A stretch of 63,745 nt of DNA, the filler included, from Octopus bimaculoides (lineage: Eukaryota): the NCBI RefSeq assembly GCF_001194135.2. It is 9 parts of 8 records of this genome, joined end to end, with 100 filler letters (N's around TTAATTAATTAA, not from the genome) between each part and the next. Parts side by side here need not be neighbours in the genome. Positions count along the whole stretch, not along the records: positions 1 to 9,427 come from NC_068986.1; positions 9,528 to 20,960 come from NC_068995.1; 7 more parts are not named here. One strand, written 5' to 3'. Shown one piece after another: positions 1-11,941 of the stretch (within the stretch, counting starts at the first letter, position 1; the number at the start of each line of letters is the position of its first letter). A program made the translations under genes and the position numbers. The notes under the pieces are model-generated. The model ran no database searches. It was not told the origin of the DNA and worked only from the letters and a program-made list of their open reading frames with translations.

Positions 1-120
1 GACCTAAAATTATATGCTAAAAACGACAAAGAGCTAGAAACACTACTACAGACAGTACACGGCTTTACCAAGGAAATAGATATGAAATTCGGATTAGAAA
101 AATGTGCCAAAGCAACCCTG
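1..120 (+). mobile_element. Non-LTR retrotransposon reverse transcriptase fragment (R4/Dong- or RTE-X-like)
   Basis: Frame 1 reads DLKLYAKNDKELETLLQTVHGFTKEIDMKFGLEKCAKATL, the region just after the (Y)xDD motif of a non-LTR RT; truncated at 120. Confidence 0.7.
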
Positions 121-492
121 AGCATGTCCCTTGGTGGCTGACGATATGTGCATCTCTGATCATGAGCAGAAGTAGTGGGGGAGCATCATAGTCATGTGTT
201 GAGAGGAATTCTTTGGGGTTTGAATAATTCACCTTTGGAAACATAAGTGTTTTGCTCAACATCCTTAAACAAACCTTATTCAGGGACCTTTTGAGTGGAA
301 TGGGCTACTCGACCTGAAAGAAATTCTAACAGGACCCCACCTACAAGGTCATGCGCTGTTTATCTTGATATATCACCATGTTGCGCAAATATGGTTGTGG
401 TGCATGTGTCTGGTGTACCCTTATCAGACGGGTAGTCATGATGGGTATAATGGGCTTCGCATATTTTACCCCAGTGTCACTTTGATGGCATA

Positions 493-502
493 CACTGAAG
501 AG

Positions 503-555
<53 letters not shown>

Positions 556-1830
556 CCTTTCTTTATTGGCCACCAGGGCCGAACATAAAACCATAGGGAC
601 AATTCAAAACAAAGGACAATACAAAAACAAAGTGGGGTTTACAATAGAAAACGCGTAAACAATAAAAGGGCCTGCAAATGGGTTGTTTCTCCACAAACGA
701 AGCAACGCAGCCTTTTGCCCTCAGTCATGTGTATCACTCTCTCGTTCTGGAGACGTACGTGGACCGGGTTGCTTTTTACGTTTTCTGGCCTGATCTGGAG
801 AAGTATGTCCAGATCAACCCCGGACCAGTCTTCCCTGGCAATGTTTGTCATCTGTATCAGGACGGTTTCCGTTCCATCCACAATTACGCATCCCAGAAGC
901 TACCACGTATCAAGTCCGGTTAGGATTCTGGGAATGCGGACACGTGCTATTCGTTTCCCCAGGTGGGAGGGATACATTATTACTTTACTGGTTTTGCAAG
1001 GGTTCATTGAATATTTCATAGCGAGGGCTTCTGACTTAAACAGCACCGAAATGGCACCGTACTGTCTGCTTCCCGCTATGTACTCGGTGTCATCCCTGAT
1101 GCATCTCAGCGCAACTTCAGTGTATGCCTGGGCAATTAAAGCCGCTTTCTTCGTTTCTGCTGAGATGCTTCTGAAATGAACCGTTCTTCGTTCCACTGCT
1201 TCGATGGCCTCTGTCGGGGACAGGTAAGTTGGCCCAGGTTTCTTCTTACTTGATGAGCTTCCAGGCCGGTGCCAATTTTTCGTCTTTATTTGTGAGGTCC
1301 ATACTGAATCCTGGCCTGTTTTTGGCTGCTGCCGCAGCGGAAGTGTTCTTGTTGGTAACGTTGGTAATATTCTCGTTGTTGTTGTTGTTGTTGTTGTTGT
1401 TGTTGCTGCTGCTGCTGCTGTTGGTGGTGTTTGTTTTGGTACTGTTGTTGTTGTTGACATCGCTGCTGCTGCCGCTGTTGCTGTCTTTCGCACTGCTGTT
1501 GTTGTCACCACTACAACTGCTGCTGCTGTCAATGTTGCTGCTGCTGCTGTCAATGTTGCCACTGCTGTTGTCAATGTTTCTCCTGCTGTTACTACGAGGT
1601 GGACTTTGTACTTTCCCATTCGCGCTTTCCTCCTCCCCTTCTCCTACATTGTTGCCAGCATCGGAGGGAAGGAGAAGGAAATCTACGGCATTCACTAGAT
1701 CTATGGGAGGGGCAGTTTTCTTTCTTCTCAACTCTTTCAAGACGCACTCCACCATCTTGTTGAGTCGTATTTGATTAAATTTAATTAAACGTCTTCCGAA
1801 CTTATTTGGTAGGTTGAATATAGTCCCTTG
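493..1830 (-). mobile_element. L1/Tx1-like element: decayed ORF1 (RRM-like region plus start of CCHC knuckle) joined directly to a 3' UTR and (ATT)n tail
   Basis: ORF from 1755 (MVECVLKELRRKK...WKLIK), 1-nt frameshift near 1250, continues KKKPGPTYLSP...GLDTW*LLGCV...EGKRLRCFVCGETTHLQA; breaks inside the knuckle near 670; then about 110 bp ending GGCCAATAAAGAAAGG(ATT)n. Confidence 0.65.
1375..1575. repeat. Compound (GTT/GCT)n trinucleotide tract inside the ORF1 N-terminus
   Basis: Visible GTT/GCT runs; encode poly-N/S on the minus strand. Confidence 0.9.
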
Positions 1831-1971
1831 AGGGGCTAATCAAACATAGAAAACCAATGGCAGGTTCCTGGTGTTTCTATGGACAACTTGGAACAGAATA
1901 AATAATGAAAAAAGCAACAATCTGGTATAAATAATTGTTTTAAACTGAACCAACCTGGAGAGTCTGATAAA

Positions 1972-2208
1972 ATGATGAGGGTAATAGTATCCCTGCATAA
2001 AGGAATGTTGGCAACAGGGATATCTAGGAGTCACTGTTCAGAGGCATTTTCTGTTGCCACTGGAACCAAACAGGGATTTGTTTTAGCCCCTGCACTTTTT
2101 TTTTCCATGCTCTTTTCAGTGATGCTCCAGCATGCTTTCAGGGATTACCATGAAGTAATGAAATTCGAGTTTCGCACAGTAGGAGGTTTATTAAACCTGA
2201 AACGACAA
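1972..2208 (+). mobile_element. RTE (BovB-like) LINE RT fragment
   Basis: FSVATGTKQGFVLAPALFFSMLFSVMLQHAFRD...EFRTVGGLLNLKR matches the RTE GVKQGCVLAPxLF...YRTDGxLFNLRR region. Confidence 0.8.
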
Positions 2209-2370
2209 AGTTTCTTCACCGGTGGGATCCAAGCACTGCCACACCGATGGAAGAAGTCTGTGGACCGCAGGTGTGGGGTGGGGTAGGGGAGCTATGTTGA
2301 AAAAATAAACCTTATTTGGTCATTCCCTGAGAATATCTTGGTTAGCCTTTGAACTTCAATCCTCGTATAC
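2209..2370 (+). mobile_element. Mariner 3' end (transposase C-terminus plus TIR remnant)
   Basis: FFTGGIQALPHRWKKSVD..G.YVEK* followed by a decayed TIR ending CCTCGTA. Confidence 0.7.
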
Positions 2371-3332
2371 GAATGAAAATTATATTCCTACTAACTGAGA
2401 AAGTATTATCTGAAGAAAACACGCGTCATAAGTTTTAACAAATATCGAGATATCCGTACAATCATCACACACACACGCATACACGCATACACGCATACAG
2501 GCACATACAAACACACGTACATACACACGCACATACACACGCACATACCTACACTAGAATAGTGGTCACACGATTAGAAAAAAAAAAAAAAAATAACGAT
2601 TGATAGCATTTGTGAAATATTTTAAAGCAAAACATATTCAAATAACGGTTAATTCAAGAGTAAACAGGCTCGGATTACGCACTGAAACCGCAGAAATGTG
2701 AAATTCGGAGTACAGGAAATTATTAGCCTTTCAATTCTTATGTATTGGAGAATACTTTACANNNNNNNNNNNNNNNNNNNNNNNNNNNNNNNNNNNNNNN
2801 NNNNNNNNNNNNNNNNNNNNNNNNNNNNNNNNNNNNNNNNNNNNNNNNNNNNNNNNNNNNNNNNNNNNNNNNNNNNNNNNNNNNNNNNNNNNNNNNNNNN
2901 NNNNNNNNNNNNNNNNNNNNNNNNNNNNNNNNNNNNNNNNNNNNNNNNNNNNNNNNNNNNNNNNNNNNNNNNNNNNNNNNNNNNNNNNNNNNNNNNNNNN
3001 NNNNNNNNNNNNNNNNNNNNNNNNNNNNNNNNNNNNNNNNNNNNNNNNNNNNNNNNNNNNNNNNNNNNNNNNNNNNNNNNNNNNNNNNNNNNNNNNNNNN
3101 NNNNNNNNNNNNNNNNNNNNNNNNNNNNNNNNNNNNNNNNNNNNNNNNNNNNNNNNNNNNNNNNNNNNNNNNNNNNNNNNNNNNNNNNNNNNNNNNNNNN
3201 NNNNNNNNNNNNNNNNNNNNNNNNNNNNNNNNNNNNNNNNNNNNNNNNNNNNNNNNNNNNNNNNNNNNNNNNNNNNNNNNNNNNNNNNNNNNNNNNNNNN
3301 NNNNNNNNNNNNNNNNNNNNNNNNNNNNNNNN

Positions 3333-3372
<40 letters not shown>

Positions 3373-3899
3373 GCCTACACACACAAGCATATCCCTCCAC
3401 AAATCAGAAGCTCAAACATTTCATCAGCATATTTACAGTTAGAATAACAGCAAACGTTATTATTATATATCGGCTGCATGCTTATAATGGATATCACATG
3501 ACCTTCTAGAGATAAATCAAAGACATCGTCATCACTCAATTGTGGTCGGATTGGTTCACTATAATCTATAGTAATTTGTCAACTTTGCCGGAAGTGGTCA
3601 GACATCATTTGACCTTTTTCAGATGGTGTCTGACCATTTGATGAGGTTAAATGATGAGTCAGGTGACTGACCTCTTGAAATGATTGTCGTTTCACCAATA
3701 GTGATTCTCTGTGTTCAATTCATTGGAATGAAAATAAATAAATATGTAAATAAATGTATAAATTTCATCAGTTACAGACTCAAGTACGCACACAAGTACG
3801 CGCGCGCGCACACACACTCACACTCTCTCTCTCTGTCTCTCACACACACACACACACACAGACACACACATATACAAACATAAGCAGATATATACACTG

Positions 3900-3930
3900 A
3901 TAGATAGATAGATAGATGGTCATAGATACA

Positions 3931-3999
<69 letters not shown>

Positions 4000-4072
4000 G
4001 TCTGTCTGTCTGTCTGTCTGTATGTATGTATGTATGTATGTATGTATGTATGTCTATCTCTCTATCTCTCTA

Positions 4073-4109
<37 letters not shown>

Positions 4110-4115
4110 CTATCC

Positions 4116-4149
<34 letters not shown>

Positions 4150-4165
4150 TTATCTATCTATCTAT
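3900..4165. repeat. (ATCT)n/(GTCT)n/(ATGT)n tetranucleotide microsatellite cluster
   Basis: Directly visible. Confidence 0.95.
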
Positions 4166-4419
4166 CCCACTTTGCTACTCTTTCTACAACCTTTTCTGCA
4201 CCTCTCGCCTCTGAATTGTCTAAATAAGCGAATGTTCTACGAATTTTATACAAAACCTTTGTACTGATCAGCTTTCTGCGCTGCTCGGAGTAGTGAGTTT
4301 GATACTACCATCTTCTGCAGTCCCTAAAACTCCTGCACTACCTGTTTATGGTTAAAGTCATATCGATTTTACTCTTATGAAATAAGTTTAAATCAAACCC
4401 ATATCCAACACCGCGTACC

Positions 4420-4830
4420 ATATTAATTCAAACACTCTTCAGCAATGGAAGTGGCAAAAAAAATATTCGTTCCTTCTATGGAAATGAAGCTTTAAGTATC
4501 CAGACATGCCAATGATGGTTTGGACGGTTTCCAACAGGAATTTTTTCTCTCGTAGATTCCCCTCGATCTGGACGATTCTGTCAATATTGAGCTTTTGAAA
4601 ATTGTAGAGGTGGAAAATCTAAAAAAAAAAAAAAACACTGCACGAAAATTAGTAAAACAGATGAATTCAAGTCATACTTCAATCATAAAACACCTTTATG
4701 ATCTAAGAAAATTGTCTAAACTTGGTCAGCAGGTCTCTCACCATCTGATTGCTCTTTAGCGTAAAGAGTTGGCTTCTGCACCTTATTGAAGAGTAGATTT
4801 GCTATCGGAGATTTTTAAGTAGAATCATCA
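4420..4830 (+). mobile_element. Highly decayed mariner transposase N-terminal half
   Basis: Pieces read Y*FKHSSAMEVAKKI... and SHTSIIKHLYDLRKLSKLGQQVSHHL, equivalent to the mariner HLxxLGKVxKLGxWVPHxL motif. Confidence 0.6.
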
Positions 4831-5214
4831 TAACTATTGGGACCTGTGAATATTTCACAGAATCAATTATTGATTATTTCTGAAAACTTTATCCCAAAAA
4901 CCTGAAAGCGTAGCCTGTGTTGTGTCTGTATCAAAGGATAGTCGATCGTCTGCTACTCATTGAAAAATGAAAGAAATTGGAATACGATGATTACTTAATG
5001 CACTTTATATATATATATATTATATACTTTATACACAATTTTATAGACTTAATACACAGCATTCATAAAATAAATATTCACTCTTATTATTCCATTTTTC
5101 CTATAAACAAGAAAAAAGAAAAAAATCCTGTACATATGATACAAGTTTTAGTTAAATTGTCACGTAAAGGTGAATATTTCCCGGAATTGCACTTACGCAC
5201 ATATGTTAAGTGAT

Positions 5215-5594
5215 TTTGTTGTTGGCACTCCGTCGCTTACGACGACGAGGGTTCCAGTTGATCCGATCAACGGAACAGCCTGCTCGTGAAATTAACGTGC
5301 TGAGCACTCCACAGACACGTGTACCCTTAACGTAGTTCTCGGGGATATTCAGCGTGACACAGTGTGACAAGGCTGACCCTTTGAAATACAGGCACAACAG
5401 AAACAGGAAGTAAGAGCGAGAGGAAGTTGTGGTGAAAGAGTACAGCAGGGTTCGCCACTATCCCTTGCCAGAGCCTCGTGGAGCTTTAGGTGTTTTCGCT
5501 CAATAAACACTCACAATGCCCGGTCTGGGAATCGAAACCGCGATCCTATGATCGCGAGTCTGCTGCCCTAACCACTGGGCCATTACGCCTCCAC
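5215..5594 (-). mobile_element. tRNA-derived SINE family A, full length, 10-bp TSD
   Basis: A-box TGGCCCAGTGG, B-box GGTTTCGATTCC, tail ...GACGGAGTGCCAACA; TSD GTTAAGTGAT at 5205-5214 and 5595-5604. Confidence 0.9.
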
Positions 5595-5689
5595 GTTAAG
5601 TGATAGGTGATATAAACAAACTTAGTTCAATTAAAACAAAAAAAAAAACAACACACTTTCCACTATCCAGTTACCTCATCCCTCCGCTC

Positions 5690-5830
5690 TACCATCATCT
5701 TATGATAAGGCAATATCACATTGTCGAAACCACTGAGGAAAATATTATGGCACTAAATATGAATGTTTTGCTCCATCCTCCTTATCTTTCTGACCTTGCT
5801 CAATCTGAATGCCGTCTTTTCACTCTTTTT
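5690..5830 (+). mobile_element. Mariner catalytic-domain remnant
   Basis: HIVETTEENIMALNMNVLLHPPYLSDLAQSECRLF, equivalent to HPPYSPDLAPSDYHLF. Confidence 0.75.
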
Positions 5831-6016
5831 CTCTGTTTTCTTCGTAATTTGAAAAAAAAAAAAAAANNNNNNNNNNNNNNNNNNNNNNNNNNNNNNNNNN
5901 NNNNNNNNNNNNNNNNNNNNNNNNNNNNNNNNNNNNNNNNNNNNNNNNNNNNNNNNNNNNNNNNNNNNNNNNNNNNNNNNNNNNNNNNNNNNNNNNNNNN
6001 NNNNNNNNNNNNNNNN

Positions 6017-6076
<60 letters not shown>

Positions 6077-6299
6077 ATATGTATCCAACCATCTATCCGC
6101 GCGCGCACGCGCACACACGCACGCACATACACATATACACACATTATTCCTTAATAAAAATAGTGTTGACAGTGACTTCCAAGTCAGCTGGCCGAAACTT
6201 CGAAGTCACTATCAATGCTATTCTTGAGAAAGACTGATAAAAATATCTACTGTACAAAAGTATTGAATAATCTTTTAGTTTAATGTGAAAACAAACATT

Positions 6300-6433
6300 A
6301 ATACATAAATATATACGTATTTATGTATATACACATACATACAGATATATATGTATATATACACATATGTATATATACATATATGCATATATGTGTATAT
6401 ATATACGTGTATATATATATATATGCTTGTATG

Positions 6434-6464
<31 letters not shown>

Positions 6465-6625
6465 ATGTATATATATATATATGTGTGTATATATATATAT
6501 GTATATATATGTATATATGCATATATATATAAGTATATATATATGTATATATATGTTCACATATATATATATATATGTATATATGTTCATATATATATAT
6601 AGGTGTGTGTGGGTGTGTGTACAGA
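6300..6625. repeat. (TA)n/(TATG)n microsatellite block
   Basis: Directly visible. Confidence 0.95.
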
Positions 6626-6852
6626 TACATATCTTAATGATATCATGTTATACGTACAATGTTAAATATTTTCAATACAGAACACGATTAGCCATGAGAG
6701 TGCTTCTAAATAATGTGTGCATTTATGCATTTATATATACTGGGGAACGATAGAATCTATAACTGGTATATATTAAAATAAATATCTAATTAAAGATTAT
6801 AAACACACGCAGATAAGATATACGCACATGAATGTATGTATGTATGTATGTA

Positions 6853-6924
<72 letters not shown>

Positions 6925-6933
6925 ACTCCCTTT

Positions 6934-6997
<64 letters not shown>

Positions 6998-7671
6998 TAA
7001 GTTATTAAGTGATATTAGCAAAATAGAGAGCATCAGAAAAATAGGTTTCCGTGACAACTTTACTATCGACGAGACGGATTATAATGTATTCCATTGATAC
7101 TATACATGGCCGATTAAAAATTCCTAAGGATGATAATCACTGTGAAATTGAGAAAATATCACAGTTTTCAATTTCGAATTTTCTTGAAAGAAATTCATCC
7201 TGGAATCTAAGCAGATGATTCTTTATTCGCAATCGCATATTGCGCTAAAGTATTACATTTAAATCATTCCTTTGTGTATATTCCTCAGTAAGCAGTAAAA
7301 ATATGTATTATGTATGTATAAATCTGTTTGTACATTTATCATGTTCTTATATCGGCATTTACATATTCTGTATCGCAAATAAAAGTACCACTAACAATAA
7401 TGTAATTGGTTAGAGCTAAATATGGACTGTTGAATTTTCATATTTACCATTTTATAACTTTATATTCTACCCTTAAGAGAAATAGAAGAAAATCATTATG
7501 TTTAATCTGATATACAATACGGCTCAAAATTTCTAGTGTAACAAGTTGTATTGTAAGATGTTTCATTCGCATCCACGTGGAGCTGGGTTCGATTTCATTG
7601 TATAGGGAATCTTGAACAAAAATCTTCTACACCACAGCCTCGCGCCGACTTATAAGCTCCTGTCTTTGACC

Positions 7672-8050
7672 TCTTACTTGTTTCCGTCATTGGACTGCGG
7701 CCAGGCTGGAGCACCACCTTGAAGGTCTTAGTCGAATAGATCGAGCCCGATACAAGTTCGGTACTTTTGCTGAATCGTTAAGTTATGGGGACGGGAACAA
7801 ACCAAAACTTGTTGTGAAGTGGCGGCGGCGATAACACAATCACGGCACAAAAACATGCACGAACAGACAGACACACACACACGTATATACGACAGGCTTT
7901 TACACAGTTCCGCCCACCAAATTCACTGACAAGGCATTGATCGGCTTTGTGCTGTAGTAAAAGATACTTTCCCAATGTGTCGTAAAGTGGGACTGCACTC
8001 TAAACCACTCGGTTGCGTAGCGAACTTTTTAGGCGCATAGCTATACCTGA
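7672..8050 (-). mobile_element. SINE family B (CORE-like), decayed
   Basis: Tail TGGTGCTCCAGCCTGGCCGCAGTCCAATGACGGAAACAAGTAAG, internal microsatellite and decayed head, colinear with other B copies. Confidence 0.75.
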
Positions 8051-8317
8051 GCCTCAGTATCTGAAATATGTATTTTCTTTCATATTTAACTATGCATGTT
8101 GCTACATTTGCAATTAGTGTTTTAATGTAATTAGCACTATTAAGTGTTATAATTACTGAAATAAGAACATTTTTACTATGCACGTAATTTGTATTTCCAA
8201 ATATGTTCATACGCATGCGTCTTATTTTGTACTAATAACGATTATTCAATAATACTTGACAAATTCTGTCACTTGTATCATGTGTGTGTACATGCTTATA
8301 TGTTACTTATGCATATT

Positions 8318-8635
8318 GAAGGCGCGTGGCTTAGTGGTTAGAAGTATTCATTTCACGATCGTATTGTGGTGAGTTCGATTTCTGGCGGTGCGTTGTGTCT
8401 TTGAGCAAACACTTTGTTTTACGTTGCTTCAGTCGACTCAGCTGGAAAAAAACGAGTAATACCTGTAAGTCAAAGGGCCAGCCTTGACACATTTGGTGTC
8501 ATGCTGAATTTCCCTGAGAACGACATTAAAAGCATCCGTGGAATGCTCGGTCACTTGCACGTTAATTTCACGACCAGGCTGTTACACTGATCGAACTAAC
8601 AGAAACATTCGTCGTTGTAACTGGTGGAGTGCCAG
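8318..8635 (+). mobile_element. tRNA-derived SINE family D (own head/core, family-A tail)
   Basis: A-box TGGCTTAGTGG, B-box GAGTTCGATT, core GTGTCTTTGAGCAAACACTT...CAGTCGACTCAGCTGG, then the family-A 3' half. Confidence 0.75.
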
Positions 8636-10423
8636 ACTGTGGTATTTTTGTTTTTCGTATAATTCATAGTTCTTTCAGTATAAATTTATAACAATCTCGT
8701 TAAGAGCAATAGATCAAAAACGATTAGCAATCACTGTTGAGACTTTGGATAACCTGCTTTCTAAAGTAAGAAAATAAACTGAGCAAAAACGAAATAATCT
8801 ATTTTATTCGTATTTGAATGACATGGGTGGGAATGCAAGCCTGGTTGTGACATCAGAAAGTTCGGTTCGAATCTATGTAGTTTCAGGTTCCATTTCACTG
8901 CGCTGCCCTATAGGCAAATGTTTTAAAATATAGCAGTGGATTGGCCAAAGCTTTGTAAGTGAAATTTGGTTGGTTAAAATCTGTTTGAAGGTCCGTCGGT
9001 TGTGGTGAGGTATCGCTCTTGTAGAGCAGTATAATGAATCTGTCGCCCGCAAAAACATTGCCTCATCCAGGCAAATCAGATTTTTGGTCTGTTGATGCGT
9101 TCCTTTTTCTCCCACAAGTTACCCGGTCCTAGAGAAGATGCAATGGGAATGAACCTTACTATTCATAATCAGACTGATTCATTGAAAAACAGAAACAAAA
9201 ACTAAAAAATAACTGATGTTATATTATAAAGTAATCCATTGATAGCGTATATGTATGTGTATATGCGCGCGCGTTGCGCTTGACCTTCTGGCCGATAACT
9301 GACCAGGTGTTGGGGATTTTGTGTGTCTGTTTTCCGTTCGTCTGTGCATTTAGTAAACGTTTCTCAACTTGCCATTCTGTGTCTGTTTTCCGTTTGTTTG
9401 TACTTTTATTATACGTTTTTAAACTTANNNNNNNNNNNNNNNNNNNNNNNNNNNNNNNNNNNNNNNNNNNNTTAATTAATTAANNNNNNNNNNNNNNNNN
9501 NNNNNNNNNNNNNNNNNNNNNNNNNNNCACCATCACCACCACCACCACCACCACCAATAACAACAACACCAACATCAATACAGGCAACAACCAATGCCCG
9601 AACTGATGGACGGTCCTCCTGCTAGTAATAGCAGCCAAACACTTCTCAAATAGGTGCCACTGTCCTACATAAAACAGGAACATTTGATCCGATTTAATCC
9701 TAAACAGACGAGGTGGTCATGGTTACAACAATAACCACGCCAGCAAAAACAAGTTACATAAGAAGCTTTTAGGATCAGCCCTATGCATAGAAAAACGACG
9801 GGATAGTCACGATTGGAACACTGAATTTTACCATTGGTCTGACCTGGAACGAGAATGGCCTGGGGTTAAACAACAATCATCAGCACCAGCATCACCACCA
9901 CCATGTCTCTATTAGCAACAGAAACAGCATCGCCCACCACACCCCCACCAGCCGCTGCTGCTGCTGCTACTACTACTACTACTACTACTACGACGACGAC
10001 GACGACGACGACAACAGCCGGAGAATTTCCCAGTATTTTGTCTAATAATCAGTCCCATTTGTGAAAGTATGTTAATCAAACATACACAGTTTTCCTATTA
10101 ATACGAGGACTTATGGAAGGGCGTGTTAGAACACACACACACACACACAGAATTACACACTAGCATAGATGCAAATATACAAACAAGAACACTAACTCTC
10201 TCCTTTTCATTTTCAAGCTCATGTGTAAGTATATGTATGTATATATATATATATATACACACACACNNNNNNNNNNTGTGTGTGTGTGTGTGTATGCATA
10301 CATATATATGTATGTATATATATATAGAGAGAGATAGATAGATAGATATGGGAGACAATTTTCTGGACGCTAACTGCAGTGAATTTGTGTTTTAACAGTT
10401 GAAATATGCCACAAACATTTCGT

Positions 10424-10635
10424 TTCTGCTCTAGGAACAAGGCCCGAAATTTTGTGGGAGTGGGTCAGTCGATTAGACCGACCCCAGTACACAACTGGTA
10501 CATAATTTATCGACCCCGAAGGGATAAAAGGCAAGGTCAACCTCAGCGGGATTTGAACTCAGAACATAAAGGCAGACGAAATGCCGCTAAGCATTTCGCC
10601 CAACGTGCTAACGTTTCTGCTAGCTCACCGCCTTA
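10424..10635 (-). mobile_element. SINE family C, full length
   Basis: Head GGCGGTGAGCTAGCAGAAACGTTAG, B-box GAGTTCAAATCC, body GACCTTGCCTTTTATCCCTTCGGGGTCGATAAATTATGTACCAG. Confidence 0.85.
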
Positions 10636-10784
10636 GTATGTCATAAACATATTGTAACTAACGTAATGTTTGCTTATGCCTAAACACTGCTTGACGCTAA
10701 TACCACGGTGATATATACGTATATATTGTGGTGGATTCTCTTGTCGTGAACGACAAACAAGTTTTCTGTTAAATAATTCGTTAA

Positions 10785-11095
10785 TCATGTTCCATGGACG
10801 CGAATGTGTCTTTTGAGGTCTGCTGGTGCTTTGCAAACCTTTTGGCAAATGGAACAAGTTGAAGGGCTCAGATTGATTGGTTGTTTGTGAATCATATACC
10901 ATGCGTTTTTTTGATTAATATACTTTCACAAATATACCACACACAGGAACAATTTAGTTTTTATAAGAAACAGTTTATAAGAACAGTTTTTATTTTATAT
11001 AACAGGCTCTATATGGTTACCATTGTTTTGAATACACATTGCAATACGTTTACCCGACTCATTGTGAACTCGTAATAACACATCTGGTGATACCT
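10785..11095 (-). pseudogene. Decayed C2H2 zinc-finger segment, probably the C-terminus of an RTE-type LINE ORF
   Basis: 10856-10785 reads CSICQKVCKAPADLKRHIRVHGT* (Cx2Cx12Hx3H); a frameshifted second finger-like remnant lies upstream. Confidence 0.55.
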
Positions 11096-11769
11096 GNNNN
11101 NNNNNNNNNNNNNNNNNNNNNNNNNNNNNNNNNNNNNNNNNNNNNNNNNNNNNNNNNNNNNNNNNNNNNNNNNNNNNNNNNNNNNNNNNNNNNNNNNNNN
11201 NNNNNNNNNNNNNNNNNNNNNNNNNNNNNNNNNNNNNNNNNNNNNNNNNNNNNNNNNNNNNNNNNNNNNNNNNNNNNNNNTGTGTGTGTGTGTGTGTGTG
11301 TGTAGACATATATATATATATGTATGTATAGAAAATAATAAAAGGATAAATAATGTATATTTACAAACATATATGCACGCGTGTGTTTGTGTGTAATGTT
11401 GAATATCATAACGTGTTACAAGCATGTTTATAATGTACGAAAATTAAAACCTTATAACACGTCAATTCCATTAAGAGTGACAAAAACGGCACACACTAAC
11501 AAACCAACATACACACAGCTAAAGAAAGGCGAATTGTACCCAAAGGCATACGAAACTGCTACATTTGATAACGCACAGAAGTATACAAATGCACAAACGC
11601 ATACTGACACATATACACAAAGAAACACATGTATGCATGAACACAAGTGTGTCCCATGTGGAACGCTGAACAACGGTTTTATGGCGTTTCGACCATTTTG
11701 TGTTAGAAACAGCAAATGTTTTTTATGTAACGAACAATAATAACTCCAGCAGTTATGATAACAAAAACT

Positions 11770-11941
11770 ATTATGAGTCTTCCTAATTTTGGCACACGAC
11801 CAGCAATTTTGAAAGAAGGAGTTAATCGATGGCATCGATTCCAATATATGACTGGTATTCATTTTAGTGATCTCGGAGGGACGAAAGACAACCGAAAGCG
11901 TTTTTCGAACGTTTTAGCGTGCCTACCATCTTGCCGCCTTA
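11770..11941 (-). mobile_element. SINE family C, decayed, internally deleted
   Basis: Head AAGGCGGCAAGATGGTAGG and C-type body/tail. Confidence 0.6.

Noticed and set aside
2698-3509. Long ORFs containing X, and poly-YI/CV/HT/LS ORFs throughout the track
   Set aside because: They are translations of N-gaps and microsatellites.
9472-9483. TTAATTAATTAA islands between N-runs (also 21005, 44025, 48537, 51352, 54932, 57683, 61433)
   Set aside because: The identical palindromic 12-mer has stops in all six frames and is always flanked by about 44 Ns; it is an artificial scaffolding linker.
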